A stretch of 49,486 nucleotides of DNA from Lenisia limosa (lineage: Eukaryota > Protista > Breviatea): NCBI GenBank assembly GCA_001655205.1, contig LPNZ01007172.1, forward strand, positions 1 through 49,486. The letters are read 5' to 3'. The position numbers and the translations under genes are program-made. This document shows, piece after piece, positions 47,593 through 49,486 of this stretch (position 1 is the first letter of the stretch; every line of letters starts with the position of its first letter). Below the pieces are notes generated by a model that saw nothing but the letters and a program-made list of their open reading frames with translations, had not been told where the DNA came from and did not search any database.

Positions 47593-49486
47593 ATGGCTGC
47601 AGTAAGAGAGGAGTTTCTTGACTTCTTCGCTGCTATAGCGGATGATATTCAGAAAGATGCCGCTCAACATGAACTGCCACAGCATTCAATGGATTGGATC
47701 CAAAAGGTTTGGTATTTGAAGCTGATTTTTGTTATTCACATATTAGTGCCTTGAGTACACTGTTCCGGGAGGTAAAATGACACGCGGTATTGGCGTATAT
47801 GACACTGTTGTGCACTATTTTGCCAGAGATCTAATAGTAAGAGGTTTCACTTTATTCGATGTGTCTCCTGCTACTGCTTACCCTGTTAGGAAGAAGAAAA
47901 GAGGCTTGCCTTTGTAGCTGGATGGTTAATTGAAATGGTATGCGCGGTTTTCTGATTGACACGGAAATCCCCCAACAAAGAGATAGGATGAATCTACACT
48001 TTTAGAATGATTGATACTTCCAATTTTCCTTTTGTAAATGAACGCGAAATTAAATTCCAATATTGTTTTCTCTTTAATACCCCGCCCCCTCCCCAGCTTC
48101 AAGCTTTACTCTTGATTGCTGATGACATCATGGACGCTTCAACAACACGCCGAGGCAAACAATGCTGGTATAAAAAAGTGAGAGTAAAATAAACGTGGTA
48201 GTATGTAAGACAAGCTTACCACAATAGGTTGGCATGGTCGCCATCAATGACGCCTTCCTGATTCAGAGCTTTATCTACAGAGTCCTTCAGAAACACTTCC
48301 ACTCCAAGCCTTACTACATGAAACTTGTCGAAACCTTCCAATACGTAGGCTTTATGATATTCTTGAACACCCAACTGTCGGCTACAAACAGCTTATTGAT
48401 ACGTAGGTCACCTACATGACTGAACTCGGACAGCTCTTAGACTCTACAAACGACGACATCCATGAAGCAGACTACAGTCACTTCACTCCAGAAAGGTTTG
48501 CATTTTGCCGCAAATTATCAAATACTATCTGATGATGAATATTGGGTATGCATGCATATATATCCACATACATGTTGTAATATATCCTCTTATAAGCCAG
48601 GTGCCGGAAGATTGCAACTCAGAAGACAGCCTATTACACCTTTTATCTTCCTGTCGCCACGGGACTAATTTTATGCGGCTGCACCGAGGAAGTAGGTGTC
48701 CAATTGGGTTTCGGAAAGTTTTTATTGAAAAAGCAGAAGAGAAATACGGGTGTTTTTTTATAATATATAAACTCTAATTATTTTAGGATACCTTCAAAGA
48801 AGCTCGTGACATTTTGATTGAAATCGGTTGTTATTTTCAGGTGTGAGAAAATGATTTACTGATTCAGATACTAGTATACGTCCATAGGACTTTTATGACC
48901 TTTCAGGCAGCTGATGATATTCTTGACTGTTATGGAGACCCCAAAAAATACAAGGTTCGAAAGGCTTATTGTCTTCTATTTTTTTTCATGATATTTTTTC
49001 ACCACAGTACCAATTCTTCTAGAAAGGCCTGGGCTCAGACATCATTGAAGGTAAATGCACGTGGATCGCCGTCGAGTTCCTTTCAATGGCCAACAAGGAG
49101 CAGAGATCAACCTTCTCGGTACAACTGGGAATTTCACCTTTTTGACAGAGTGCCATATTCTCATATATTGTAGGAGCACTATGGAAAGAATTGTGACAAG
49201 GATGTTGAGAGAATATTTGCCCTGTACAAAGAAGCCGCAATGCATGATTACTTCAAGAAGGTACTGTGTTTTTACATTTCTAAATGCTGTTCTTCTTGGT
49301 TTCTAACCCCACAGTATGAAGAAGATTTCCACAAGGTGATAACAAAGCAAATCGAATCGGCCAAGAAGGTATGGACTGCAGGTATCACAAATTTGATTTC
49401 TTTGGGGCGGTGTGATAGGATTCGGGGCTACAGCTTTCATGGGCTATGATGTTTAACCAGATTGATTTTTTTTTTTTTTTTTGTTT
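47593..49486 (+). CDS. FDPS: Farnesyl diphosphate synthase-like short-chain prenyltransferase (3'-partial, runs off the window)
   Basis: [100 protein letters not shown]. Confidence 0.9.

Noticed and set aside
652-49486. Stop-codon reassignment or readthrough
   Set aside because: In the regions translated by hand, apparent in-frame stops were resolved by ordinary introns; the standard code was sufficient.
1-49486. rRNA, tRNA, CRISPR arrays or prokaryotic operons
   Set aside because: None recognised; the window is spliceosomal-intron eukaryotic DNA throughout.

Overview
Gene-dense, very intron-rich eukaryotic genomic DNA. It is probably from a free-living protist, possibly an amoebozoan, but the taxon cannot be determined from this window. 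There are 15 N-gaps, so the ORF track mostly shows exon fragments, antisense shadows and gap artefacts. Manual splicing gives 11 genes in near-alternating orientation: XRN2 (-), a divergent XRN-family paralog (+) head-to-head with it, SERINC (-), SLC12A9-like transporter (+), CCDC137-like (-), a FERM + charged-helix protein (+), an unknown possibly mitochondrial protein (-), a membrane-anchored right-handed beta-helix protein resembling bacterial glycan-active proteins (+), a large unknown type-I membrane protein (-), RIO1 kinase (-) and a 3'-partial FPP-synthase-like gene (+). Two non-autonomous TIR elements sit in introns. The best leads are the XRN2/XRN-like divergent pair (catalytic acids kept, 5'-phosphate pocket altered), the bacterial-like surface beta-helix protein, the Leu-Leu chain-length site in the prenyl synthase, and an intron pattern of G-tracts after donors and C-tracts before acceptors, with introns as short as 30 nt. 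All gene models are hand-spliced and all family assignments come from recalled motifs, not database searches. Internal exon boundaries need RNA-seq confirmation.
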